A stretch of DNA of 60,253 nucleotides from contig CAZHKZ010000001.1 in the NCBI GenBank assembly GCA_964533055.1, forward strand, positions 48,417-108,669, in the 5' to 3' direction. The position numbers were made by a program, and so were the translations under genes. Below the pieces are notes generated by a model. The model did no database searches and was not told where the DNA came from. It was given only the letters and a program-made list of their open reading frames with translations. Of the stretch, positions 34,775 through 44,704 are shown in pieces. The number at the start of each line of letters is the position of its first letter. Within the stretch, counting starts at the first letter, position 1. The DNA comes from an uncultured Gammaproteobacteria bacterium. GTDB lineage: Bacteria > Patescibacteriota > Microgenomatia > Levybacterales > UBA12049.

Positions 34775-36200
34775 AAAGAATGTAGTCAAGATTAAAAAGA
34801 ACAAAACTACGATAATTGCAGTTGTATTTAGTTTCATTTACGCATTAGCATTCTCACTAATCTCGATGAACAGATTCTGGCAGTTCGATGTCTTTTACTA
34901 CGACTTTGGGATTTTTGATACTGCCCTCTGGAAAGTAGCGCATTTTCAGGCACCAATTATTGAGCATTTTCGCTTGGGAGGTAAATGGATATTTGCTGAT
35001 CATTTCAATCCAACTATTTTTCTCCTCTCCCCACTTTACTGGATAACAGACAAAAGTGAAGTCATGCTTATCGCACAGTCAGTTATCGTGTCGATCTCAG
35101 GATTTGTCATCTATCTCATTGGGAAGAATATAACTAAGAATACTATTTTTTCGTTAGGAGTTATGGTCTCTTATTTGCTTTTTATCAGCGTGCAGAATGC
35201 CCTGATCACTGATTTCCATGAGGCAACGATATCAACTTTGCCGCTTATTCTTGCCGTATATTTTTTTATCTCAAAGAAATATAGATGGTATTTCCTATCC
35301 ATTTTGCTATTTCTCGGAGGTAAAGAAAGCAATTTCGCCGTTGGTATCGGCTTTGCGATCGGACTTCTTCTTTTAGATTTTAAAAATAATAAAAAGATCT
35401 CTATTGCTACGGCATTAGTCTCACTTGTCTGGGGTTTGCTAGCAATAAAGCTTATGATCCCATTCTTTTCAGGTGGTGAATATCTCTATTCTGTATCTAT
35501 TCCCACCGACCCCTTCACTTTTCTTGGAACGTATATTGATAATTCTCAGAAGGTGAACACACTTTTTATGAGTGCTTTAAGTTTTGGATTTTTGCCACTT
35601 CTCTCGTATCAATTTTTGCCTGCAGTCCTTGTTGATTTTGCAACAAGATTCTATCCATCCTTCTTAAGTCTTAGTTGGGGTGTTACATTTCATTATGGAG
35701 CTATGACTGGAGCTGTTTTGGCTATTTCATCAGTGTTCGCTCACCAAATGCTTAAGAAGTTTTTACCGGTAAAAATTATTACTCTTTATGGAGTTGTACT
35801 TATACTTTTTTCTCTATTTCTTCATCGGTTTGTAACACATGGTCCGCTTGGCCTGGCTTATAACCCGACTTTTTACCAACACTCCAATGACTTCAAATTT
35901 CTAACTAATATGGTTAGGCTTATCCCGCCTGGTGCAAGTATTATGACTCAAAACAATATTGCTGCACATTTTACTCATGACAAGATCACTCTACTACGAG
36001 ATAAGTGTGGCCCATGCACGCAAGAGCATTATCGATCTATCATGCCTGACTACATCATTATTGATTCAAGGGAAGGTCAAGGGCCAAACAATTATTTTGG
36101 AGTTACAGACCTCAAGGTAATTTTTGAAAATCTTAAAGACGATAAGGATTACAATGTCATTTATCATGTTGGTGATCAATACGCCTTTAAGAAAAGATAG
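34743..36200 (+). CDS. DUF2079-like polytopic membrane protein (putative glycosyltransferase)
   Basis: N-terminal FDVFYYDFGIFDTALW motif typical of DUF2079. Start trimmed to the ATG at 34743. Confidence 0.75.
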   Translation: MKIKTIKKLFKKNVVKIKKNKTTIIAVVFSFIYALAFSLISMNRFWQFDVFYYDFGIFDTALWKVAHFQAPIIEHFRLGGKWIFADHFNPTIFLLSPLYWITDKSEVMLIAQSVIVSISGFVIYLIGKNITKNTIFSLGVMVSYLLFISVQNALITDFHEATISTLPLILAVYFFISKKYRWYFLSILLFLGGKESNFAVGIGFAIGLLLLDFKNNKKISIATALVSLVWGLLAIKLMIPFFSGGEYLYSVSIPTDPFTFLGTYIDNSQKVNTLFMSALSFGFLPLLSYQFLPAVLVDFATRFYPSFLSLSWGVTFHYGAMTGAVLAISSVFAHQMLKKFLPVKIITLYGVVLILFSLFLHRFVTHGPLGLAYNPTFYQHSNDFKFLTNMVRLIPPGASIMTQNNIAAHFTHDKITLLRDKCGPCTQEHYRSIMPDYIIIDSREGQGPNNYFGVTDLKVIFENLKDDKDYNVIYHVGDQYAFKKR

Positions 36201-36223
36201 AAATCCTCTATAATAAGAATCTC

Positions 36224-37144
36224 ATGGACATTCAAAGTTTACTTTTCCTAGTCTTTATTGTCGTAATTGTCGGCTTCTTGATTGCAGATCTTGGATTTTT
36301 CAATAAAAAAGCTCATATTATCTCACCTCGCTCAGCCCTCTATCAGTCAATTTTCTGGGTAGCTGTTTCATTTTGTTTTGCATTTATCGTTTTCCTTTAC
36401 ATGGGTCAGAATCTCGCTGTTGAGTTCATGAGTGCATATATTACTGAGAAAATGCTCTCAGTAGACAATCTTTTTGTCATCATGTTGATCTTTAGCTTCT
36501 TTAAGATTGAGGAGAAATATCATCATAAAGTACTTTTTTGGGGTATTTTAGGAGCAATTGTATTTCGCGCAATTTTTATTGGTCTTGGAGCTCTTATTAT
36601 TGGTCAGTTTAGCTGGGTACTTTATATTTTTGGGGCGATCCTCATCTATACAGGAATAAAGCTCTTTGCTGATAAGAAAGAAGAGCATGTTGATTTTGAA
36701 AAGGGACGAGTAGTCAAATTCGCACGAAAAATCCTCCCTTTCACTACGAGTCATCATGCAGGTAAATTTACATTGATTGAAGGTGGTAAACGTAAATTCA
36801 CTGTATTGTTTCTCATAGTACTTTTAGTTGAGTCAACAGATATTATCTTCGCGGTTGACTCTATCCCAGCAGCATTTGCCATTACTCAAAATCCATTTAT
36901 TGTATTTACTTCAAATATCTTTGCAGTTATGGGTCTTAGAGCACTTTTCTTCTTACTTGAAGGAGTGTTGCACAAATTTCATCACCTTCAAAAAGGACTT
37001 TCATTTATCCTTATTTTTATTGGGGCAAAGATGCTTTTGGGCATATTTCATTTTCATTTCTCCCCGCTTATCTCATTTGGAGTTATTATGCTTGCATTGG
37101 GAGGATCACTTCTTCTTTCAGTCCTTTTTCCCAAGAAAATCTGA
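36224..37144 (+). CDS. TerC-family membrane protein
   Basis: EKMLSVDNLFVIMLIF and ESTDIIFAVDSIPAAFAIT repeats characteristic of TerC. Confidence 0.88.
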   Translation: MDIQSLLFLVFIVVIVGFLIADLGFFNKKAHIISPRSALYQSIFWVAVSFCFAFIVFLYMGQNLAVEFMSAYITEKMLSVDNLFVIMLIFSFFKIEEKYHHKVLFWGILGAIVFRAIFIGLGALIIGQFSWVLYIFGAILIYTGIKLFADKKEEHVDFEKGRVVKFARKILPFTTSHHAGKFTLIEGGKRKFTVLFLIVLLVESTDIIFAVDSIPAAFAITQNPFIVFTSNIFAVMGLRALFFLLEGVLHKFHHLQKGLSFILIFIGAKMLLGIFHFHFSPLISFGVIMLALGGSLLLSVLFPKKI

Positions 37145-37187
37145 CTTACTCTCCGAGGCTAACTTAGCCGTAATACCCTATAGTTCT

Positions 37188-37216
37188 TTGACATTTAGTA
37201 ATTGATGTGATACAAT
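37188..37216 (+). promoter_or_regulatory. sigma70-type promoter with a ~150-nt 5' UTR for the DEAD-box helicase
   Basis: TTGACA-17 nt-TACAAT. Confidence 0.65.
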
Positions 37217-37372
37217 TCCTTTTAGTTGCAGATTGTACTTTGGTACTTCTGCTTGTAATTTGAATTTAGTTTTTTAGGTCAAGATAAAGATACCCAATAT
37301 TTTTAACCGTATCTTTTGCCCCTATAACCCTCTTATTAAGCAGAACTACAAAAGTATTATCTCACAATAAAT

Positions 37373-38593
37373 ATGTACGCAAACAATCGCTCACAACATT
37401 CACGATTTAGTCGTCAGAGTAATTCATCTGGATGGGGTAACTCATCAAGAAATGGTAGATCATCGTTTCCACGCCAAGCGAGAACAATTAAGAAATTAGA
37501 CTCGAATCTTTTCGTAAATAAAGCTGTTGAAGATCATGATGATGAAAATCATCTTTCAACACTCCTTTTTGCAGACCTTCCTCTAAATGATAAGTTGAAG
37601 AGAAACGTTCTCGAGCATGGCTATGAGAAGACAACATTTATTCAAGAAAAGGCTATTCCACCGCTTCTTGAAGGAAGAGATGTCATTGGTATTGCTAATA
37701 CTGGAACAGGAAAGACAGCATCATTTCTTATTCCACTTGTAAATAAGATTTATAATGATAAAAACCAACGCGTGCTTATCTTAGCTCCAACACGAGAACT
37801 TGCTATTCAAATTGATGATGAACTGAAGATTTTCAAAACAGGCATGGATCTTGCTTCGGTACTTTGCATAGGTGGAGAAAATATGCGTCGTCAAGAAGTA
37901 GCACTCCATCATAGTCCACATTTCGTGATTGGAACTCCAGGCCGAGTTAAGGACCTCGTTCAACGAAGAAAACTTAATCTCATGATGTTCCAAAATGTCG
38001 TTCTTGATGAAGTTGATCGTATGGTAGACATCGGATTTATTCAGGACATCAAGTTTTTTATTAGTCAGTTGCCTCGAAAACGTCAGTCCCTCTTTTTCTC
38101 AGCGACTGTCTCTCCAAGTGTTAAAGATATTTTAGCTAGTTTTGTAACAGATGCTGTGACTGTAAGTGTCCAGAGTCAGCAAAAGATTAACACGATAGAT
38201 CAAGATATCATTAGAGTTCGAGGTGGAGAGAAGAAGTTGGACATGCTTCATGATCTTCTAGCAAAAGAAGAATTTAAGAAAGTTTTGGTATTCGGAAGAA
38301 CTAAATGGGGTGTTGAGAAGCTTAGCACAGCGCTTATTGAGCGAGGATTTAGGGCAGCAGCAATTCATGGTAACAAGACACTCGGACAGCGAAAGAGAGC
38401 ACTCGATCAATTTAAAAATAATGATATTCAGATCTTGCTTGCAACAGATGTGGCATCACGAGGACTAGATATAGATGATGTAACACATGTTATTAACTAT
38501 GACGCACCGGAGTCTGCTGAAGACTATGCGCACCGTATCGGGCGAACAGGTCGTGCAGGTAAAAAAGGTATAGCAATTACCTTCGTTGAGTAA
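37373..38593 (+). CDS. DEAD-box ATP-dependent RNA helicase (motif II is DEVD)
   Basis: Q-motif, ANTGTGKT, VLDEVDRM, SAT, HRIGRTGRAG. Confidence 0.92.
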   Translation: MYANNRSQHSRFSRQSNSSGWGNSSRNGRSSFPRQARTIKKLDSNLFVNKAVEDHDDENHLSTLLFADLPLNDKLKRNVLEHGYEKTTFIQEKAIPPLLEGRDVIGIANTGTGKTASFLIPLVNKIYNDKNQRVLILAPTRELAIQIDDELKIFKTGMDLASVLCIGGENMRRQEVALHHSPHFVIGTPGRVKDLVQRRKLNLMMFQNVVLDEVDRMVDIGFIQDIKFFISQLPRKRQSLFFSATVSPSVKDILASFVTDAVTVSVQSQQKINTIDQDIIRVRGGEKKLDMLHDLLAKEEFKKVLVFGRTKWGVEKLSTALIERGFRAAAIHGNKTLGQRKRALDQFKNNDIQILLATDVASRGLDIDDVTHVINYDAPESAEDYAHRIGRTGRAGKKGIAITFVE

Positions 38594-38644
38594 TCCCTCT
38601 AGATTTATTGACATCAATTCATTAGGCTATGATATGCTTTTTGT

Positions 38645-39109
38645 ATGAAGTCACTTCCCCGCCTTCTCTTTTCAATTTTACTTTGTGAGGCTACTGGTTT
38701 TCTTAGTGCTTTGTATGTCATGGGTGAAATCAATTCTTGGTACGCAACACTCACAAAGCCTGTATTTAGCCCTCCAAACTGGATTTTTGGTCCAGTCTGG
38801 ACGATTCTTTATGCTCTGATGGGTATTTATCTTTACAAAGTCTGGGTTTCAAAAATAAAACTTCGATCCCTCCTGCTCCCACTTTTTGCAGTACAGCTCC
38901 TTTTAAATTTCCTATGGTCACTTTTTTTCTTTAACCTCCATAATCCGCTCTTAGCGCTTATTGATATCCTCGCACTTTGGTTTCTGATCTTTGTATTAAT
39001 TGCTAAAACATCCAAGACATCTTGGTCGATTGCATGGCTTCTCATCCCCTACATTCTCTGGGTGAGCTTTGCTACACTTTTGAATATCGCCATCCTCACT
39101 CTGAATTGA
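38645..39109 (+). CDS. TspO/MBR tryptophan-rich sensory protein
   Basis: FSPPNWIFGPVWTILYALMG and five TM helices. Confidence 0.88.
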   Translation: MKSLPRLLFSILLCEATGFLSALYVMGEINSWYATLTKPVFSPPNWIFGPVWTILYALMGIYLYKVWVSKIKLRSLLLPLFAVQLLLNFLWSLFFFNLHNPLLALIDILALWFLIFVLIAKTSKTSWSIAWLLIPYILWVSFATLLNIAILTLN

Positions 39110-39117
39110 CATTCTCT

Positions 39118-39141
39118 GTTCTTTTGTGCCGACAAAAGAAC
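39118..39141 (+). terminator. perfect 10-bp hairpin after the TspO gene
   Basis: GTTCTTTTGT-GCCG-ACAAAAGAAC. Confidence 0.55.
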
Positions 39142-39295
39142 CAAAAGCTCTGAGCACTGGAAGTCGAGCTAAAAATACTCCTTCGTTCACTAAAAGTACC
39201 AGAATCCACTGCGTTTCACTTTTCAACTTTTGCCTTTCAGGCCGTTTACTCAGTCATATTTTCTTCACGCCCTTGTTCTCGTGCTCATCATGACA

Positions 39296-39345
39296 TAGCT
39301 AAATGCTAATCTGATTAAAGCTAGATGCTAGACGCTAGATGACAG
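39296..39345. repeat. heptanucleotide tandem repeat (NNNGCTA / CTAGAYG units)
   Basis: ...GCTAAATGCTAATC...AAAGCTAGATGCTAGACGCTAGATGAC, with 7-nt periodicity. Confidence 0.7.
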
Positions 39346-39352
39346 TAAGGGA

Positions 39353-40420
39353 TTAGATCTTTTGCACTGTGCAGGAGATGTATGGGAATTGGAATGTCAT
39401 ATTCATGACTCTCATTGAGAAGACTTTAGACAAGCATACTACTCTCAATTGAGGAGTCGGAGGGAAGGTCGGGAAAGGCCTTGGAGTCACAGTTGTAGTT
39501 GGTGTCGGTGAAACGCTTGGTGTAGTAGATGGGGTCATTGTGGGTGTCATTGTCGGGGTTACAGTAGGGCTTGCACTTGGAGTTGGTGAGATTGTTGGTG
39601 TAGGAGTCGGGGTGTTGGTTGGAGTTGGGATAACGGTAGGTGTAGGCGTCTCAGTTGGTGTTGGAGACGGAGTTAAAGTTGGTGTTGGAGTGTCGGTGGG
39701 TGTGGGAGAAGGTGTAGTTGTTGGTGCCACGGTCGGCGTTACTGTAATAGAAAGGGTAGGTGTAATTTCAGGGATCATCTCAATTGCAAATGAACTGTTT
39801 TGAGGCTGTGACACTACTCTTGTAGCAAAATCATTAAGATTGTTGTCGGTATCCTCGCCATTTCCTAAGGTCACATCCTCCCCTGTTGTCATAGATTCAA
39901 GGGTTGATGATGCCACAGCTTTTCTTTCAGCGCTTGAGCTACTCGCTGGATTTGATGTAGCTGTCGATTCTTTATCTGCAGCTGAGCCAAATCCAACTTT
40001 ATCTATCAACGTAGTTCCCGCATCGCTATAGATGAGTACTGTTCCATTAGCTGCTATTGGACTTCCTGCAACAGAATAAGTTTCATCAGCTGCAACTGAT
40101 CCTGTATATCCAGACTGTGGAGTTACCAGAAAATATCCGTGCGCCTTGATTGTTCCAGAGAGACTTGAGACAAGGTTTGATTCAGATCCTGTATCTGTTT
40201 TACGAGTGAGTCTCCAGCCATTGAGCGAAACATCATTTGATGTTGGATTGTAGAGCTCGACAAACTCATCAGATGCAGTCACTCCCGCGATTTGGACTTC
40301 AGAAATCACTATATGAGTTGAGGTTGCGGCATTTACGATTGGAGAGATGATTGTAAGAAATAAGACGGAGATGAGACCAAGAAGAGGGATGGTAATCCAA
40401 GCGAGAGTGGATTTGGGCAT
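39353..40420 (-). CDS. secreted lamin-tail-domain (LTD) protein with a long Pro/Thr linker
   Basis: Signal/TM N-terminus. [39 protein letters not shown] signature. ~100 aa of TPTPTPS-type repeats. Confidence 0.85.
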   Translation of the reverse strand: MPKSTLAWITIPLLGLISVLFLTIISPIVNAATSTHIVISEVQIAGVTASDEFVELYNPTSNDVSLNGWRLTRKTDTGSESNLVSSLSGTIKAHGYFLVTPQSGYTGSVAADETYSVAGSPIAANGTVLIYSDAGTTLIDKVGFGSAADKESTATSNPASSSSAERKAVASSTLESMTTGEDVTLGNGEDTDNNLNDFATRVVSQPQNSSFAIEMIPEITPTLSITVTPTVAPTTTPSPTPTDTPTPTLTPSPTPTETPTPTVIPTPTNTPTPTPTISPTPSASPTVTPTMTPTMTPSTTPSVSPTPTTTVTPRPFPTFPPTPQLRVVCLSKVFSMRVMNMTFQFPYISCTVQKI

Positions 40421-40471
40421 ATCTTTAGACTAAATATAGATGAGCTTACTGTCAAGAGGTATTTTTAGAAG

Positions 40472-41227
40472 CTATTTTATTCTATCCTGGCGACGCTTCT
40501 CAAATACAACGAGAGCTGTAGCTATACTGACATTAAGTGAGGCTAATTCGTTATTGATTGGAATGTGTATAAAGATGTCACACTGCTTTTGAAGTGGCGA
40601 ACTGATACCAGCCGATTCACCTCCAAAGAGAAATGCTACTGGGCCACGAAGTGTGATCTCGTCGTACGATTTCCCCATTCCTACCTCTACTCCGACAAGT
40701 GGGATGTTGAATTCTTTTAAAAGACTAATAGCCTGGAAAAGACTTTGTGCGATGACTGGAATGTAGGCTGCGCCACCCTGAGATACTTTAGCAACGATAG
40801 GGGTTATTTCATGAACTCCGTGAGGAGATACGATGACAGCATCTGCATTAGTTCCCCAAGCTGTTCGAATGATGGAGCCTAAGTTCTGCTCATAATCGAT
40901 TTGGTTAAAAAGGAGGATAAGTGGATCTCGTTTTTCCTCATCGCACCGCTTAAGAATCTCACGAAGAGACTCACCCTGGTACTGCTGCATGTAAGCCACG
41001 ACGTTTTGTGCGCTATCTGAACCACTTAATGCTCTGATTTTCTCTGGTGCAACAAAGACTAGTTCGACGTTTTTCTTGTGAGCTTGAGTGATGATATCTG
41101 ATACTCTCCTGTCGTTTTTTGCAGTTTTGCCGATATAGACTATCTGCACTTTCTTGTCTGACATGAGCGCATCATGGACCATATTACGGCCAACGATCAT
41201 AATTGAGTTGTCTGTATAATTGTTCAT
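40472..41227 (-). CDS. SpoU/TrmH-family RNA 2'-O-methyltransferase (RlmB-like)
   Basis: NLGSIIRTA, LFGGESAGIS and IPINNELASLNVSIATAL motifs. Confidence 0.88.
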   Translation of the reverse strand: MNNYTDNSIMIVGRNMVHDALMSDKKVQIVYIGKTAKNDRRVSDIITQAHKKNVELVFVAPEKIRALSGSDSAQNVVAYMQQYQGESLREILKRCDEEKRDPLILLFNQIDYEQNLGSIIRTAWGTNADAVIVSPHGVHEITPIVAKVSQGGAAYIPVIAQSLFQAISLLKEFNIPLVGVEVGMGKSYDEITLRGPVAFLFGGESAGISSPLQKQCDIFIHIPINNELASLNVSIATALVVFEKRRQDRIK

Positions 41228-41229
41228 AA

Positions 41230-42462
41230 TTATTTCTTCCTGTATTGTACTATTTCGCGAAGCACAAAGTCATGGGTATTCCCGACTACGATAGACTTTC
41301 TCTCACTTGTTGAAAGTGGTATTTGTTCAAACCCCAACTCTTCTATAAATGAAAGGATATCCATGAAGCGTAACTTTTTCTGGATGAGAAAGGCTGGGAG
41401 GATCATGGTGACTATCCCTTCTGGTCGAAGGAGTTGGGTGTAGGCACTCCATGTACTTTTATAAAGTGCAAGAAGTTCATCTTGGACCTCTTGAATTGCC
41501 TGAATTGATCTTCTTTCTTGGATATTTGGACCCATATATGGCTCTGTGACAATCGCTTTGAATCTTTTATCAGTCAGTGTGGCAAGGGTAGTTACATCCC
41601 CTTCGATAATGGAAGGCTTCGATCCTCTTTTGGTTTGAAGATTTTTTTCAAGCCAGGTAACGTTGGCAGTTGTGTCATGGATTGCCTTCTTTGAGATATC
41701 AGATGCCGTGATATCTGAGTATTCTAAAAGTATCGCCTCCTGAATGATGGTGCCACTTCCGCAGAAGGGGTCAAGAATTGCTTCATCGTGTCCTACATCT
41801 GTGATATTAAGCATCATCCGTGCGACTTTTGGTGGCATAATGCCTGATTCCATATCTCTCAGAGGTCTACCAAAGTCTCTCTTGCTAAACCCTTCATAGT
41901 CTTGCACCCAAAGCGTTTTGCCTACGAGGATCGAGTCTTTTGTCTCGATAATAAGGATCTCAGCACCTAGTGTAAGTAGCTTATTTTTATCGACAGAGAC
42001 ACTTGAAAGTGCTAGCTCAATCTGTCGTGGGAATCGTGAGCGAAATCCTTGAGAATCTAGATGATTCTTGAGATTGTGAGCCATGTCTGTCAGATAACGA
42101 GATGAGAAAAGAGGGTGATCAGAATTATTTGAATATAAACTAAGACCAAAATGCACCCTCTCTGTGATATCTGTAAAGTATTTTACAAAGAGCTGATCTG
42201 AAGTGAGGTAGTTATTGATCTGTGTAAGATTGACCGGTTTTTTAAGCGAGTCATAGATCTCTCCCATTTTGATTGTACCTCCAAGAGTAATTTTAAGAGT
42301 ATCTGTGGGTAATTCGTCACTCTTGATGACTAGATACGTGTCGCATTCACTCTCAACAACAAATGCTAGTTGGAGTCTCTCAAGCAAAGCTTTGATCTCA
42401 AGAATAGAGAAGTCAGGGTATCTGCCAAGAATAAAAATGTATGTATGTTGGAAACTATTCAT
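41230..42462 (-). CDS. SAM-dependent RNA methyltransferase (Trm11/RlmL-like)
   Basis: DPFCGSGTIIQEA motif I. VTEPYMGP catalytic motif. Confidence 0.75.
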   Translation of the reverse strand: MNSFQHTYIFILGRYPDFSILEIKALLERLQLAFVVESECDTYLVIKSDELPTDTLKITLGGTIKMGEIYDSLKKPVNLTQINNYLTSDQLFVKYFTDITERVHFGLSLYSNNSDHPLFSSRYLTDMAHNLKNHLDSQGFRSRFPRQIELALSSVSVDKNKLLTLGAEILIIETKDSILVGKTLWVQDYEGFSKRDFGRPLRDMESGIMPPKVARMMLNITDVGHDEAILDPFCGSGTIIQEAILLEYSDITASDISKKAIHDTTANVTWLEKNLQTKRGSKPSIIEGDVTTLATLTDKRFKAIVTEPYMGPNIQERRSIQAIQEVQDELLALYKSTWSAYTQLLRPEGIVTMILPAFLIQKKLRFMDILSFIEELGFEQIPLSTSERKSIVVGNTHDFVLREIVQYRKK

Positions 42463-42554
42463 ATGTCCTATATTATAGCAGTTTTAAGCTTGAAAAGCCT
42501 GCCTTTAGTAAGATAAGTTGACAAACCAAGCAAAGTTAATTACTTTATATCCAC

Positions 42555-43292
42555 ATGCGGATATTGGCTACCGTTCTCTTTTTTTCTCTTTCGTTCGTGC
42601 TCTTTACTTCATGTACAATTCTCATTCTTTCCTATCCTCGATTGACAGCTCAAATTGCAGTGAAAGGAATCTCAACTTTCCGTACTGCTGAAAATAAAAC
42701 ACAAAACAAAAAGTTAGGAGTAAGTTTTAAACAGTCCCTCTCTCCTACTCCGCGAATAGTTCAACCCACTCAGAAAGTAACTCTGGTCTCAACAGAAAAG
42801 ACATCTCCTACGTCGAGCGCACTTGTTCCAACAGATAAGCCAAGTCCAACACTAATCAAATCGGGGCAAACGATGTCTCCAACTCCAACGCTAGTTTTTA
42901 TTCAGTCAACACCAACAATAGTGCCGAAGAGAAGTGAAGTAGTCCAGACAGGTGGATTGTTTATAAGTCAAATAAATGCTTATAGAGCACAAAATGGACT
43001 TGGACCTGTCAGTGCAAATAGTGAAACCTGTACCTTTGCAGCAATAAGAGCACAGGAAATCGCAAGTGACTTTAGTCACAATGGGTTTACGAACAGAATT
43101 AATAGTAAGACTCTCCCCTATTCTTCATATCATGAGGTAACTGAAAATATCGCCATGAATTCTGATGCGTCACAAATTGTCACGATGTGGATCAATTCTC
43201 CAGGTCATGCTGAGAATATGCGCAAGGACACGCCGTATGTTTGTGTGGCACAGAGTGGAAATTACTTTGCGTATGAGGGATGGCACCCATAA
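42555..43292 (+). CDS. membrane-anchored CAP/SCP-domain protein
   Basis: N-terminal TM segment, S/T/P-rich linker and CAP domain (INAYRAQNGL...WINSPGHAENM). Confidence 0.8.
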   Translation: MRILATVLFFSLSFVLFTSCTILILSYPRLTAQIAVKGISTFRTAENKTQNKKLGVSFKQSLSPTPRIVQPTQKVTLVSTEKTSPTSSALVPTDKPSPTLIKSGQTMSPTPTLVFIQSTPTIVPKRSEVVQTGGLFISQINAYRAQNGLGPVSANSETCTFAAIRAQEIASDFSHNGFTNRINSKTLPYSSYHEVTENIAMNSDASQIVTMWINSPGHAENMRKDTPYVCVAQSGNYFAYEGWHP

Positions 43293-43293
43293 T

Positions 43294-43314
43294 TAGGAGC
43301 TAGGATCTAGTTTA
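43294..43314. repeat. heptanucleotide tandem repeat (TAGGAGC TAGGATC TAGTTTA)
   Basis: Between convergent gene ends. Same CTAG-containing 7-mer style as at 39296, 44638 and 50343. Confidence 0.55.
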
Positions 43315-43354
43315 ATTAGATTTAAATATGGAACTGATTCCTATCTCCCAACAA

Positions 43355-44464
43355 CTATCTCCTCGTTATTTTCTCCCACGGGAATTCAGATCTACCAAAG
43401 TGGCCATAGGAAGCAGTCTTGGAATAAATTGGCCTTTTAAGCTTCAATCCTTCAAGTATTCCTTCAACTGAGGTATCTAATAGTGAGTTCATATAGTCAC
43501 GAATTACTTTTGTCGTTGCTGTCTCTGTGCCAAACGTCTCTACCTCCTGCATGACAGGTTTTTTTGCACCGATAAAGTATGCGAGGCTGACTTCAGCTTT
43601 TGAAGCAAGTCCTGCAGCCACAATATTTTTTGCCAAATATCGTGCCGCATATGCGCCAGATCTATCAACTTTTGTGGGATCTTTTCCACTAAATGCTCCA
43701 CCGCCTACTCTTGCATATCCTCCATACGTATCTACTACAATTTTGCGTCCTGTCAGTCCGCTATCTGAAGTTGGACCTCCGATATGCCAGACACCTGTTC
43801 CATTAACAATGAGATTCTTTTCAGGAAATGTAAAGCCATATTCATCCAGGAGTGGCTTAATGATCTTTTCATAGAGATCGAGTTTTACCTGGGATAAGAG
43901 CACTTTTTCATCATGCGGAACAGCTATGACAAGCGATCCAAGACCTACTGGCTTGAGATCCTCATAGAGAACTGTAGCCTGACTTTTGCCGTCTGGACGA
44001 AGATATGGAATAAGTCCTGATTCTCGAGCGGTATCTATTGCGCGAGTAATTTTATGGGCTATGGTAATTGGGAGTGGCATAAGTTCTGGCGTCTCGTTGC
44101 AAGCAAAGCCAAACATCATGCCTTGATCACCTGCTCCTTTCTTCTTTACCCCTTTAGCTATTTCAGGAGATTGGGCGTGAACATAATTTTCAATAGTGAG
44201 TTGGTCCCAGAAGTGGTATGCGGGGTTAGTATAGCCAAGCTCCTTGATCTTTTTTCGAGCCACAGCTTCGTAGTCAATCTTGGCAGTGCTTGTCACCTCA
44301 CCTGCGAGTATAAGATGATCATGTGCAGCGAGGGACTCAACTGCCACTCTCCCATCAGGGTCTGTTCTAAGAATTGCATCGACGACAGCATCACTGATTT
44401 GATCACAAATTTTATCTGGGTGTCCTGCGCAGACTGATTCGGATGTAAATTGCCATTTTTTCAT
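43355..44464 (-). CDS. metK: S-adenosylmethionine synthetase
   Basis: GHPDKICDQISD, GAGDQGMMFGFA and GGGAFSGKDPTKVDRS. Start trimmed to the ATG at 44464, because the TTG extension runs through the riboswitch terminator. Confidence 0.95.
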   Translation of the reverse strand: MKKWQFTSESVCAGHPDKICDQISDAVVDAILRTDPDGRVAVESLAAHDHLILAGEVTSTAKIDYEAVARKKIKELGYTNPAYHFWDQLTIENYVHAQSPEIAKGVKKKGAGDQGMMFGFACNETPELMPLPITIAHKITRAIDTARESGLIPYLRPDGKSQATVLYEDLKPVGLGSLVIAVPHDEKVLLSQVKLDLYEKIIKPLLDEYGFTFPEKNLIVNGTGVWHIGGPTSDSGLTGRKIVVDTYGGYARVGGGAFSGKDPTKVDRSGAYAARYLAKNIVAAGLASKAEVSLAYFIGAKKPVMQEVETFGTETATTKVIRDYMNSLLDTSVEGILEGLKLKRPIYSKTASYGHFGRSEFPWEKITRR

Positions 44465-44588
44465 AAAAAAACCTCTCGCAATAGAGAGGTATTTCTTTGT
44501 CAAATTAATTTGACCACATAGTCTTTATATAGACTTGGCACCGATATGAATCCGGTTGCCGTTCCCAAAAATGGGACTCTCTGTATGC
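44465..44588 (-). promoter_or_regulatory. SAM riboswitch (SAM-I clan, reduced SAM-I/IV-like aptamer) plus terminator/SD-sequestering hairpin
   Basis: Minus strand GCAUA-CAGAGAG-UCCCAUUUUUGGGA-ACGGCAACC-GGAUUCAUAUCC..GGUGCCAA-...-UAUGU. It has the GCAACC and GGUGCCAA hallmarks and a P1 helix GCAUA/UAUGU, then CCUCUC-UAUUGC-GAGAGG-UUUUUUU-AUG. Located directly upstream of metK. Confidence 0.6.
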
Positions 44589-44637
44589 AAAATCTATTTA
44601 ATCAGGATACTTTGTAAAAAGCAAGTACTCTTTGAAT

Positions 44638-44661
44638 TATCGTCTATCGTCTATCGTCTAG
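44638..44661. repeat. heptanucleotide tandem repeat (CGTCTAT x2 + CGTCTAG)
   Basis: TATCGTCTATCGTCTATCGTCTAG, between the divergent metK and GT2 genes. Confidence 0.7.
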
Positions 44662-44704
44662 ATAATATTTTGTCGTTTGTAGGTTTTGCTATACTATACG
44701 ATAG

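Noticed and set aside
39540-39803. Plus-strand ORF encoding GVGV repeats.
   Set aside because: It is the antisense reading of the Pro/Thr-rich linker of the LTD protein, which is a mirror low-complexity artefact.
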